In this document: positions 1-6,561 of the stretch, one piece after another
Position numbering within the stretch: the stretch's first letter is position 1
Layout of the letters: each line of letters begins with the position of its first letter
Virus genome (UHGV): UHGV-0127656
DNA length: 14,641 nucleotides
Source of the DNA: a virus
Strand: one strand, 5' to 3'
Position numbers and translations under genes: made by a program
Notes under the pieces: model-generated
Seen by the model: only the letters and a program-made list of their open reading frames with translations
What the model was told of the DNA's origin: nothing
Database searches by the model: none

Positions 1-1
1 C

Positions 2-364
2 CTACCATTGTTTAATTCCGTGGGTGACTCAGTTGAAGAAGCGTTGCTTGAGGCTGGTTATGGATTGGTCGCAGCGGTTGCGATTGAGATTGAAGAACGC
101 CGACCTGTTCCCACTGGTAGCGAGCCAAAAGAAGGTGAGTACGTTGTCTCTTTGCCAGTGCTACCAGCAATGAAGGCTGCACTCCACAACGCGATGATAG
201 AAACCGGCACACGCAAAGCAGAGTTGGCGCGCAAACTCGGAAAAAATGGAACACAGATTGATCGGCTTCTCGACGTCGAACATTCATCGAAAGTTGAAAC
301 TGTCGAGCTGGCACTGCATCAACTGAATAAAAATATCGCCGTATCTGTCACACCAATGCGGTGA
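2..364 (+). CDS. hicB: HicB-family antitoxin of a type II toxin-antitoxin pair, 5'-partial (frame open to the left window edge; ORF track starts it at the first Met, 8)
   Basis: C-terminal segment 'TRKAELARKLGKNGTQIDRLLDVEHSSKVETVELALHQL' resembles the DNA-binding tail of E. coli HicB as I recall it, and the preceding 'GDSVEEALLEAGYGL...' resembles the HicB N-domain. No stop between position 2 and the Met at 8, so the N-terminus and any hicA lie upstream of the window. Confidence 0.6.
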   Translation, partial: LPLFNSVGDSVEEALLEAGYGLVAAVAIEIEERRPVPTGSEPKEGEYVVSLPVLPAMKAALHNAMIETGTRKAELARKLGKNGTQIDRLLDVEHSSKVETVELALHQLNKNIAVSVTPMR

Positions 365-442
365 CTGCTCCCCGCCCTGGCTGGGCGAGGATTTACGGGG
401 TATTTGTTAAAAACGCTCTATTCAAAGAAGAAATACCGAATC

Positions 443-461
443 CCCCGGAGGTTATCCGGGG
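443..461 (-). terminator. Stem-loop (7 bp stem ccccgga/tccgggg, 5 nt loop) between convergent hicB and the 461 aa gene; possible terminator for the minus-strand gene
   Basis: Inverted repeat read directly from sequence. On the minus strand it is followed by the moderately T-rich GATTCGGTATTTCTTCTT; no T-tract on the plus side. Confidence 0.3.
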
Positions 462-476
462 TGTCCGGTCGCCAGG

Positions 477-1862
477 TCAGGTTTCCAGCCCAAAATCGCT
501 TTGTTCTGTTTTGGCTTCGAACATCGTGAAGTTAAGCCCTTTCCCCTCTCCATGTTCCAGTTCAATCTCATTAGAAACAGCGGTCAAAATACTACGTAGA
601 TCGACATCTCCACCGCCGAACATATCGCCCAACGCCTGCTGTTTATGAATCAGTTCGTCGTTGATTTTTTGTGCCATTTTTTTGAATGCAGCCCCCATGC
701 GCTTCGCGCTTCGATTATTTGCCACGATGAATAGCGCCAACGCCTCGGCTTCCGGCGGGCTATCACCGAAGAGTCCGCGCTGGGCTATCACCTCTTCCAC
801 TGCCTGACCGTTGTCTTTGGCTTCACGAACAAGGTTAATCGCGTCCTGGAGTGCTGCTATAGCCTGTTTATCCAGACCGTTCACCTGCTCTATACCATCA
901 ACCAGACCAGTTACAGCATCATGATGTGCATCGCCAGAAATCGACTGCATTTGCGCAAAGTCACTGGCTGCTGTATTAAGCGCGGTCAGGATATTGCGCA
1001 TTTCCGGATCCGGTTCTTCCGCCACAAGCCGAACAAGTCGCTCATCCTTATAGGCTTTGGCAAAAATCGCATTCTGAATGCGATCGATAAGCTGTTTCGT
1101 TGGACGTCCATCGGCTGTAAGCAAACCTGCCGTCGCGGTATCGCCTATTTCGTGCAAAAACGCACGAATAAACGCATCATTGGACCGCGCCAGTAGATTT
1201 CCATCATCTGAAGGATTAAATAGCGCCATGACGCTCTCAGTGAGAAATTGCGCATCCGCATACGCTTTCTCACTTGCAGCCATCTCTTGCAGATCGCTGA
1301 TGTTTGAGTCGCGTGCAAATTGAGCACGATCAACGTCAGTGAGGCGCTCGCGAACCAGTACAGGCATCACCATTGCCCTGACGTCTTCGGGATTAAGGCC
1401 AAACTCTTTAGCGTGATCGATAAGATATTGTCGGTAATCTTCAGCCTGTCCTTGTTCATAAGCACGCCAGATTCCCATGCTTCGACCATTACCAGACTCA
1501 ACGACATTATCCGGACCAACAATCGGGGAACCATGACTACTCATACCCGAATCAGTGAGCTGTGCCGGGCGTAAATTGGCGGCGATACGGTTAACCTGGA
1601 GCTTACTTGACAGTCGGGTGCGATCGCGAGGCTGGAGTTCCTCCGGAAATGACGGATTTATACTTCCGTCCAGGTTGTTAGAAATGATGAGCTTTTTGGC
1701 ATCAATAACCTTGAACGCTGTTTTAACTTCGTCGCCTTTGCTGGTGACGACATAGCTGCTACGCCCCAACTTCGTCTCTTGCTTTTCAAGAGATGACACC
1801 ACAGCGATAACCCCCTCAATGTTCGCTGCGGCCAGAAGTGCTGATGTTACGTTTTGAGTCAC
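477..1862 (-). CDS. Hypothetical 461 aa protein, separately transcribed; occupies the position expected for ddrB if the upstream operon is Dar-like, but identity is unknown
   Basis: Long ORF with GTG start at 1862 preceded by AGGTGG at about 7 nt spacing. Flanked by hairpins on both sides (1932-1948 upstream, 443-461 downstream). No Walker or other catalytic motif recognised by eye. Confidence 0.55.
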   Translation of the reverse strand: MTQNVTSALLAAANIEGVIAVVSSLEKQETKLGRSSYVVTSKGDEVKTAFKVIDAKKLIISNNLDGSINPSFPEELQPRDRTRLSSKLQVNRIAANLRPAQLTDSGMSSHGSPIVGPDNVVESGNGRSMGIWRAYEQGQAEDYRQYLIDHAKEFGLNPEDVRAMVMPVLVRERLTDVDRAQFARDSNISDLQEMAASEKAYADAQFLTESVMALFNPSDDGNLLARSNDAFIRAFLHEIGDTATAGLLTADGRPTKQLIDRIQNAIFAKAYKDERLVRLVAEEPDPEMRNILTALNTAASDFAQMQSISGDAHHDAVTGLVDGIEQVNGLDKQAIAALQDAINLVREAKDNGQAVEEVIAQRGLFGDSPPEAEALALFIVANNRSAKRMGAAFKKMAQKINDELIHKQQALGDMFGGGDVDLRSILTAVSNEIELEHGEGKGLNFTMFEAKTEQSDFGLET

Positions 1863-1922
1863 AATTAACCACCTTTCTGTAAAAAAGGCAGTGTAAAAAG
1901 TGTGTTATTTCGGTGACTATTT

Positions 1923-1948
1923 TAAGAAGAAAGGGGCATTCTGCCCCT
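1923..1948 (-). terminator. Rho-independent terminator ending the five-gene minus-strand operon (possibly bidirectional)
   Basis: Stem aggggca/tgcccct (1932-1938 / 1942-1948) with 3 nt loop. On the minus strand it is followed by TTCTTCTTAAAA (1923-1931), and on the plus strand by CTCTTTTAC. Sits 6 nt beyond the stop of the 123 aa gene. Confidence 0.5.
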
Positions 1949-1953
1949 CTCTT

Positions 1954-2325
1954 TTACGCTGCATACCCGTTAGCTGAAACCCAGTTTACGGTCTGTTCTT
2001 TGGCCTGGTCGAGTGTCAAAAATTCACCAATATATTGAGATATGCCTCTCAAAGCATCGATGAACTCCATTTGTGATGATTTAGTAAATGCACCACTAAG
2101 GAAGTCAGCAACAATTTTAGGCGTTTCTTGTGCCGCCGGTTGCACTTCCTCTTCTTGCTGTTGTGCTGGATTATTCGATGAACCAAGCCCCAGCTTCATC
2201 ATCACTTCAACTATCCGCACGCCAATAGTGACACGTTGTACCGCAGTCGCGCTTTTTTGCGCTGACATCAGCTCAGACAGTTCTTTGCCTAAGCTAAGGC
2301 GCTCCGTTACTGATATTTTCACCAC
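1954..2325 (-). CDS. Small 123 aa protein, last gene of the operon; DdrA-like by position and size
   Basis: GTG start (2325 or 2322) overlapping the stop of the upstream 650 aa gene, AAGGGGG Shine-Dalgarno-like element upstream, terminator immediately downstream. Assignment is by synteny only. Confidence 0.45.
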   Translation of the reverse strand: MVKISVTERLSLGKELSELMSAQKSATAVQRVTIGVRIVEVMMKLGLGSSNNPAQQQEEEVQPAAQETPKIVADFLSGAFTKSSQMEFIDALRGISQYIGEFLTLDQAKEQTVNWVSANGYAA

Positions 2326-4271
2326 ACGCCCCCTTGTTGTATCTCTGCCAGAATGTTGATCAGGTGATCGGCTGCCGCACCAACAAGTGACTCGTTCTCA
2401 TCATATCGACCTGCGTTGATAAGAACATTAGCTGCCTCCTGAATGCGATCAAACTCCGCTCTAATCACCGTCAAATCACGGGACGTAAACTGCAACGGCA
2501 CGGATTTCAGATATTCCAGCGCACTGTCCGCCTCCTGATCAGCCTCACTAACTACTGGCCCATCTGAACCTGTATCAGACTCTTGGGGGGATTCAGGTTC
2601 AGACTCAGGTTCTGGTTCTTGTACTGCTTCCGGTGCCTGATCTAATGTCTGTTCAGCTTCGACTACTTCTGATTGATTCTGAAGCGCGTCATAGATATCC
2701 ATTATAAAAAGGTTCTCCCCATCTCCAAGTGGATAAGCGACGTTAGGAAATGCTTTGCGGAAGAGGATTTTTATCTGCGCCTTAAAGGTTTTCAAGTCGC
2801 TTCTAAACAGATCAACATAGCCATCAATATGGTTCGACATACTGGACGCAACCAATTCGCCTGCAATCTCTTTCAATTCATCGTCACCAGGGAGATATAG
2901 CAACTCGTACTGACTGACTTCTTCGTCTGTCAGTTTGCGGTCATACGTAATGATTCCGTGACGAGCATATTCGTAATACGGATCAGCCTGATCAGGACGG
3001 TCAAGTACAGCTTTATTTCCTTCAGGAACCGCACCAACACCCGCCGGGCGAGATTGGAGCGCATAGCGATATTTACCAACCTCCAGGGGATCAGGATGTG
3101 ATGCTGGTTGTGGCTCCTGTTCAGGCTGCGGCTGATCAGTTGGCTCAGGCTGGCCCGGCAACACATCCACTTTGTATTGATCAGCATTATGTTCACGATA
3201 GGCTTTAAGTAATTTGGTTGCAGCGTCCGCTGAACTCCCACCTTTAACAGCACTGACATCAATACTGAAATTGCCTTCTGGTGCCTCAATCGTGACAAAG
3301 CTATCACTGCCTGACGTGACATACTTAACTACAGCACCATTATCCAGCGTTGTTTGGCCTTCTGTAGCAAGATTATGTTTTATGTGTCGCAGTTGATCAT
3401 TGAAGGCACGCTCTTTAGTTCCTTGGCTCTTAGCTGACAATAAATTATCGCGTTTAGCCTGCAATTCCGCGTTAAGGGCTTTTTGTGCGTCTAATTTATT
3501 CTGCATATCATTGAGTGTTGAGCGTTTCTCTGCCAGCCCCCGCTGTGCGTCTTCAACCTGCTCAATCAGCACAGAACGTTCTTCTGCCAGCTTGTCGGCT
3601 TCATTGAGATACCCCTCAATATCAGCCTTCATTTTGTCCTGGCGCTCCTTTGCTTTTTTGAATTTTGCACTGTTACGCTCAATGAGGTTAGAAAGCGCCT
3701 GACACACCTGGCTCAGAGATACATCACGCCCACCGATTGGCGCAACAACATGCGTAACGTTTCTTTTGTTAAGAAGAAACTGAAACGCAACCAGCTCGTC
3801 ATCCCCTTTAATTCTTGTGCCGTCTGCGGTTGGAGAATGGAAAATTATGCTTGTCGTTTGTCCATCGGTTAGAGGTATTTGTGCTGTTACAACAGGGATA
3901 TTAGCAACCCGGCGCACGCGCCCAATGATTGCCCCACCGATACTATTACGTCCGTCTTCATATTCACCTGCCTCATCCGTACCCGCAGCAATGTCAGTGC
4001 CATTCAGGCCGCGATTAAGCGCCCGGACAAATGCTCGCATTGTTTGCGCTAACCGCAATTTTGTTGTGGTTATGGCTTCGAACATTGCCTCATTGGTAGT
4101 TACCAAAATTTCGTTGCCCATATAGGCCAGCTCGATATCTTCCAGCGTCGCAGGCTCGATAAGTAAATCATCCTCGGTGATATCTTCCGCCACCCAACGA
4201 TTAGGCGTATATCCAGTGAGCGTATCTGCAAAAGTGGACTGGATATTTATTCGAATAGGTTTCTTTATCAT
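2319..4271 (-). CDS. darA: 650 aa multi-domain protein: N-domain, coiled coil, beta-rich middle, Pro/Gln-rich and Pro/Glu-rich acidic linkers, C-terminal helical domain; DarA-like (P1 antirestriction / head-associated protein) by architecture
   Basis: ATGA start/stop overlap with the upstream 205 aa gene. Size close to what I recall for P1 DarA. A segment of it appears similar to the upstream 205 aa protein, matching the P1 description of Hdf as 'homolog of DarA fragment'. Not verified by search. Confidence 0.5.
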   Translation of the reverse strand: MIKKPIRINIQSTFADTLTGYTPNRWVAEDITEDDLLIEPATLEDIELAYMGNEILVTTNEAMFEAITTTKLRLAQTMRAFVRALNRGLNGTDIAAGTDEAGEYEDGRNSIGGAIIGRVRRVANIPVVTAQIPLTDGQTTSIIFHSPTADGTRIKGDDELVAFQFLLNKRNVTHVVAPIGGRDVSLSQVCQALSNLIERNSAKFKKAKERQDKMKADIEGYLNEADKLAEERSVLIEQVEDAQRGLAEKRSTLNDMQNKLDAQKALNAELQAKRDNLLSAKSQGTKERAFNDQLRHIKHNLATEGQTTLDNGAVVKYVTSGSDSFVTIEAPEGNFSIDVSAVKGGSSADAATKLLKAYREHNADQYKVDVLPGQPEPTDQPQPEQEPQPASHPDPLEVGKYRYALQSRPAGVGAVPEGNKAVLDRPDQADPYYEYARHGIITYDRKLTDEEVSQYELLYLPGDDELKEIAGELVASSMSNHIDGYVDLFRSDLKTFKAQIKILFRKAFPNVAYPLGDGENLFIMDIYDALQNQSEVVEAEQTLDQAPEAVQEPEPESEPESPQESDTGSDGPVVSEADQEADSALEYLKSVPLQFTSRDLTVIRAEFDRIQEAANVLINAGRYDENESLVGAAADHLINILAEIQQGGVW

Positions 4272-4885
4272 GCATCTTCCTCCAGGCGCGCTATTTCTTC
4301 TTTCAATACGCGAGTTTTCGCCAGTTCCTGCGCCATCTCGGTTCTAATGATTTCAGTTTCTCTTGTTGCGCGGTCTGAATTACCTTGCACCTGATTTAAT
4401 TTTTCTTTGGCCCTTTCAATATCCTCGCGGATCGCATCGCGAGATTCCTTTGCCTCTGCTAGTTTCTGCGCATTGGACTTAACGCCTTTTATTTTCTTAT
4501 TCCCATCATCAATATCTTTCGCCGCACGAGCTAACTTACGCGCCAATGATTTCTGAAATGATGATGCGCCTTTATTAAATAAAGCAGCCAGTGATTGCCC
4601 TAAAGCCATCAGCGTTTTAACTGGCTTGAAAGGAACAATTTTTCCGTTCAGTTTTACACCAGAAATATCACCAGTATCATTAACCTGAACGTCCATCGTC
4701 TGCTCATCGATTCCGATAAGGGTAAACGTGCGCGTCATGATCCCGTCTTTCTTCCTGCCATTACTGGCGGGGATCACCCTCGCTATCTTGTAGCCTCCTT
4801 TACCGATTTCTTTGACGAGTTTTGCCAGCCCCTTTTCGTTTAACTCATCATAATTAAGAAGAACATAATTAGACTTATTTGACAT
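4268..4885 (-). CDS. hdf: About 205 aa protein with N-terminal beta-rich domain and C-terminal coiled coil; Hdf-like. Start is probably the Met at 4885 rather than the ORF-track start at 4909
   Basis: AAGGAG sits 6 nt upstream of the ATG at 4885 (the ORF-track Met at 4909 has no comparable site). Region 'IARVIPASNGRKKDG...ALGQSLAALFNKGASSFQK' resembles DarA-like 'RVANIPVVTAQIPLTDG...SLSQVCQALSNLIERNSAKFKK'. Confidence 0.5.
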   Translation of the reverse strand: MSNKSNYVLLNYDELNEKGLAKLVKEIGKGGYKIARVIPASNGRKKDGIMTRTFTLIGIDEQTMDVQVNDTGDISGVKLNGKIVPFKPVKTLMALGQSLAALFNKGASSFQKSLARKLARAAKDIDDGNKKIKGVKSNAQKLAEAKESRDAIREDIERAKEKLNQVQGNSDRATRETEIIRTEMAQELAKTRVLKEEIARLEEDA

Positions 4886-5321
4886 TCCAGTCTCCTTCAC
4901 ACTTTTCAATCATAAACTGACGTTCTATGCAGTCATTGATAGGGAAAATGCGATAAAGCGGATTCAGGCGGCAATTACCGTTAGTCAATGTGACCTTTAG
5001 ATCCCACTTCGCTGGCTCAAGATATTTCGTGTCGATGAGCAAATATTCTTCTCTCTCACCGCGTTTTGACGCGTCAACTGGTCTGGTTTTCCCCGAAATA
5101 ACCACAGATGGATTTTTCAAGTCCTGCAACCAATATTCGATTTGTGCATTGCTTACCCAGCTTCGTTTAACGCGAAGCGACACAGGAAACGCTATAGCAG
5201 ACTCTTTCACTACAGCTTCGCCAATGCTCAAAATATCAACACTCTTGCGACGAAATAAGAAACGGTCAATAACGGCAACAAATGCCATGATAAAAATGAA
5301 ATAATTTCCAAAGTCACCCAT
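4875..5321 (-). CDS. 148 aa protein with one N-terminal transmembrane segment (YFIFIMAFVAVIDRFLF); LydB-like by position and size (holin antagonist in P1)
   Basis: Start ATG overlaps the stop of the upstream holin-like gene by 1 nt, with AGGTGGAG upstream. Overlaps the next gene at its 3' end. No lysozyme catalytic motif seen. Confidence 0.45.
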   Translation of the reverse strand: MGDFGNYFIFIMAFVAVIDRFLFRRKSVDILSIGEAVVKESAIAFPVSLRVKRSWVSNAQIEYWLQDLKNPSVVISGKTRPVDASKRGEREEYLLIDTKYLEPAKWDLKVTLTNGNCRLNPLYRIFPINDCIERQFMIEKCEGDWNVK

Positions 5322-5647
5322 TACTTCTCTCCACCTTTTCCCCCACTCGCTATTACGCTTAAGAGATTCAAGACGTTACTAGCTCTGGACTTCAAGCCCT
5401 GTAAAATTTCACTTCCGTTGTTACTGGCAATCAGAACAACGCAGTAAATGATGCCTTCCGGCCATTCATAGCTATCAGCCACCCAAAACCCCGCAAGCCC
5501 GGCAGTTACCGCAGTAAACAATTCACTCGCGAGGTTGAGCAGTGACGCAGAAATGCGCCCGTCTCTAACTCCGAGAAGGAATACGCCGGTTCCACTCAGC
5601 AGGGATGTTATGACTGCTACAGCCAGATTTTCATAATCTGCAAACAT
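5321..5647 (-). CDS. 108 aa small membrane protein with three predicted transmembrane helices and a charged C-terminal tail; class I holin-like (LydA-like by position)
   Basis: Hydrophobic stretches 'LAVAVITSLLSGTGVFLLGV', 'LLNLASELFTAVTAGLAGFWVA', 'GIIYCVVLIASNN' and C-terminal 'SGGKGGEK'. GGAGGGG upstream of the ATG; first gene of the operon. Confidence 0.5.
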   Translation of the reverse strand: MFADYENLAVAVITSLLSGTGVFLLGVRDGRISASLLNLASELFTAVTAGLAGFWVADSYEWPEGIIYCVVLIASNNGSEILQGLKSRASNVLNLLSVIASGGKGGEK

Positions 5648-5729
5648 ACCCCTCCAGAAATGACGTTTAACGCGGCTTCAACTTATCCAGTTTGTTATTT
5701 CCCGACTAAATGCCATTCACACAAAATGG

Positions 5730-5948
5730 ATGCATATGATGGCCCGGTGGTCCGTAAACCTCGTCACTCAGAGCGTGGAGGATGCCAAATTCGCGTATCA
5801 ACAAAATGGTCCAAACACGGCTTTAAAGAGAAATACGCTTGAATGCGCAAGATGTGAGCTGATTCTTGAGGACAAAATGATGACATGTGAGTCTTCACAA
5901 GCGTCATTCAGTGAATATAATGCCCCCCTCTCAGATACCACTAACTGA
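5730..5948 (+). CDS. Possible small plus-strand ORF (72 aa) divergent from the operon and ending 13 nt before a strong terminator; product unknown
   Basis: ORF stop at 5946-5948 followed by the hairpin/T-tract at 5962-5993. No convincing ribosome binding site or recognisable domain; an overlapping 60 aa frame (5660-5842) is an alternative. Confidence 0.2.
   Translation: MHMMARWSVNLVTQSVEDAKFAYQQNGPNTALKRNTLECARCELILEDKMMTCESSQASFSEYNAPLSDTTN
5894..5921 (+). promoter_or_regulatory. Candidate sigma70-type promoter: -35 TTCACA (5894-5899), 16 nt spacer, -10 TATAAT (5916-5921)
   Basis: Hexamers read directly from sequence. Perfect -10, 5/6 match to TTGACA at -35; lies about 40 nt upstream of the terminator at 5962-5993. 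Confidence 0.3.
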
Positions 5949-5961
5949 GTGTTCATTTTGC

Positions 5962-5993
5962 CCGCCGTCATTGACTGGACGGCGGCTTTTTTG
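5962..5993 (+). terminator. Rho-independent terminator on the plus strand
   Basis: 8 bp GC-rich stem ccgccgtc/gacggcgg (5962-5969 / 5978-5985), 8 nt loop, followed by cTTTTTTg (5986-5993). Confidence 0.6.
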
Positions 5994-6042
5994 TACCAAA
6001 GGATTGTATTACTAAAAAAGGTCACAAAAGCACTCACTAATA

Positions 6043-6065
6043 AAGCCCTCAACAAAAGAGGGCTT
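6043..6065 (-). terminator. Stem-loop downstream of the tail fiber assembly gene; weak terminator candidate for the tail operon
   Basis: 8 bp stem aagccctc/gagggctt with 7 nt loop. Only a short TATT follows on the minus strand, so termination efficiency is doubtful. Confidence 0.3.
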
Positions 6066-6107
6066 GAAATATCAAAAAAGCAGTGCTGATTGGATTGTTA
6101 TGATTGT

Positions 6108-6530
6108 TTATGCAGGCATCTCAGGCCATGAGATATCTGCATCAACAGAAGTGTCAACTCTATTAAGAAGAACTCTATACCTCTTTAACTTTGTCAACAT
6201 TTCTATTTCCTCATCAGTGGCAATATCCATATCAACAGCATCCTGAAGCGTTGATATTTTTATGCTCACATCATTCATAAGACTACTTTTGGTGTTTTCA
6301 GCAATGCTGACTCTATCCTCTAAGCTCATAGGTTGTGGGTCAGATAACATTGGATAACCATCGCCATTTGCAATTATTATTTTCCCATTGCCATACCCTG
6401 ATAACAATTCATCATATAAGTCATCAGGTATATGTACAGCATCGGACGGCCATGAACCGTTTTTATCGTAATCTTCTTTTAGTCTATCGTCGTAGAAACC
6501 ACCAGTATCTTTGCTGTAATACTTTGCCAT
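6108..6530 (-). CDS. Tail fiber assembly protein (Tfa/gpG/U family chaperone)
   Basis: 140 aa protein immediately downstream of the tail fiber gene. C-terminal 'KLKRYRVLLNRVDTS...WPEMP' matches the conserved Tfa motif as I recall it. ATG with GAAGG upstream. Confidence 0.85.
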   Translation of the reverse strand: MAKYYSKDTGGFYDDRLKEDYDKNGSWPSDAVHIPDDLYDELLSGYGNGKIIIANGDGYPMLSDPQPMSLEDRVSIAENTKSSLMNDVSIKISTLQDAVDMDIATDEEIEMLTKLKRYRVLLNRVDTSVDADISWPEMPA

Positions 6531-6561
6531 TTAAAAGCCTTCATTCTAATTAACTATATTT

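Noticed and set aside
361-648. Plus-strand 95 aa ORF starting at the hicB stop
   Set aside because: Overlaps the 3' end of the 461 aa minus-strand gene and crosses the intergenic hairpin; Pro/Ser-rich translation looks spurious.
921-1755. Plus-strand ORFs of 66-91 aa (921-1196, 1078-1323, 1320-1574, 1555-1755) inside the 461 aa minus-strand gene
   Set aside because: Antisense shadow ORFs fully embedded in a longer, better-supported gene; no ribosome binding sites or recognisable products.
2673-4125. Plus- and minus-strand ORFs (60-130 aa) overlapping the 650 aa gene
   Set aside because: Embedded in or antisense to the long coding frame; low-complexity translations typical of out-of-frame reading.
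4875-5647. Reading the holin-like and membrane-anchored genes as a classical holin-endolysin lysis cassette
   Set aside because: The 148 aa protein shows no lysozyme, transglycosylase or amidase catalytic motif and no spanin-like partner follows; the genes are coupled to large soluble proteins instead.
1954-5647. Known multi-gene defence systems (Zorya, Kiwa, Lamassu, Septu, Gabija, CBASS, retron and similar) as the identity of the operon
   Set aside because: No Walker A/B ATPase, nuclease, reverse transcriptase, cyclase or MotA/MotB-like signatures visible; the membrane proteins are too small and the large protein lacks transmembrane segments.
5798-6055. Minus-strand 85 aa ORF spanning the intergenic region
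   Set aside because: Runs straight through the strong plus-strand terminator hairpin and has no ribosome binding site; more likely non-coding.
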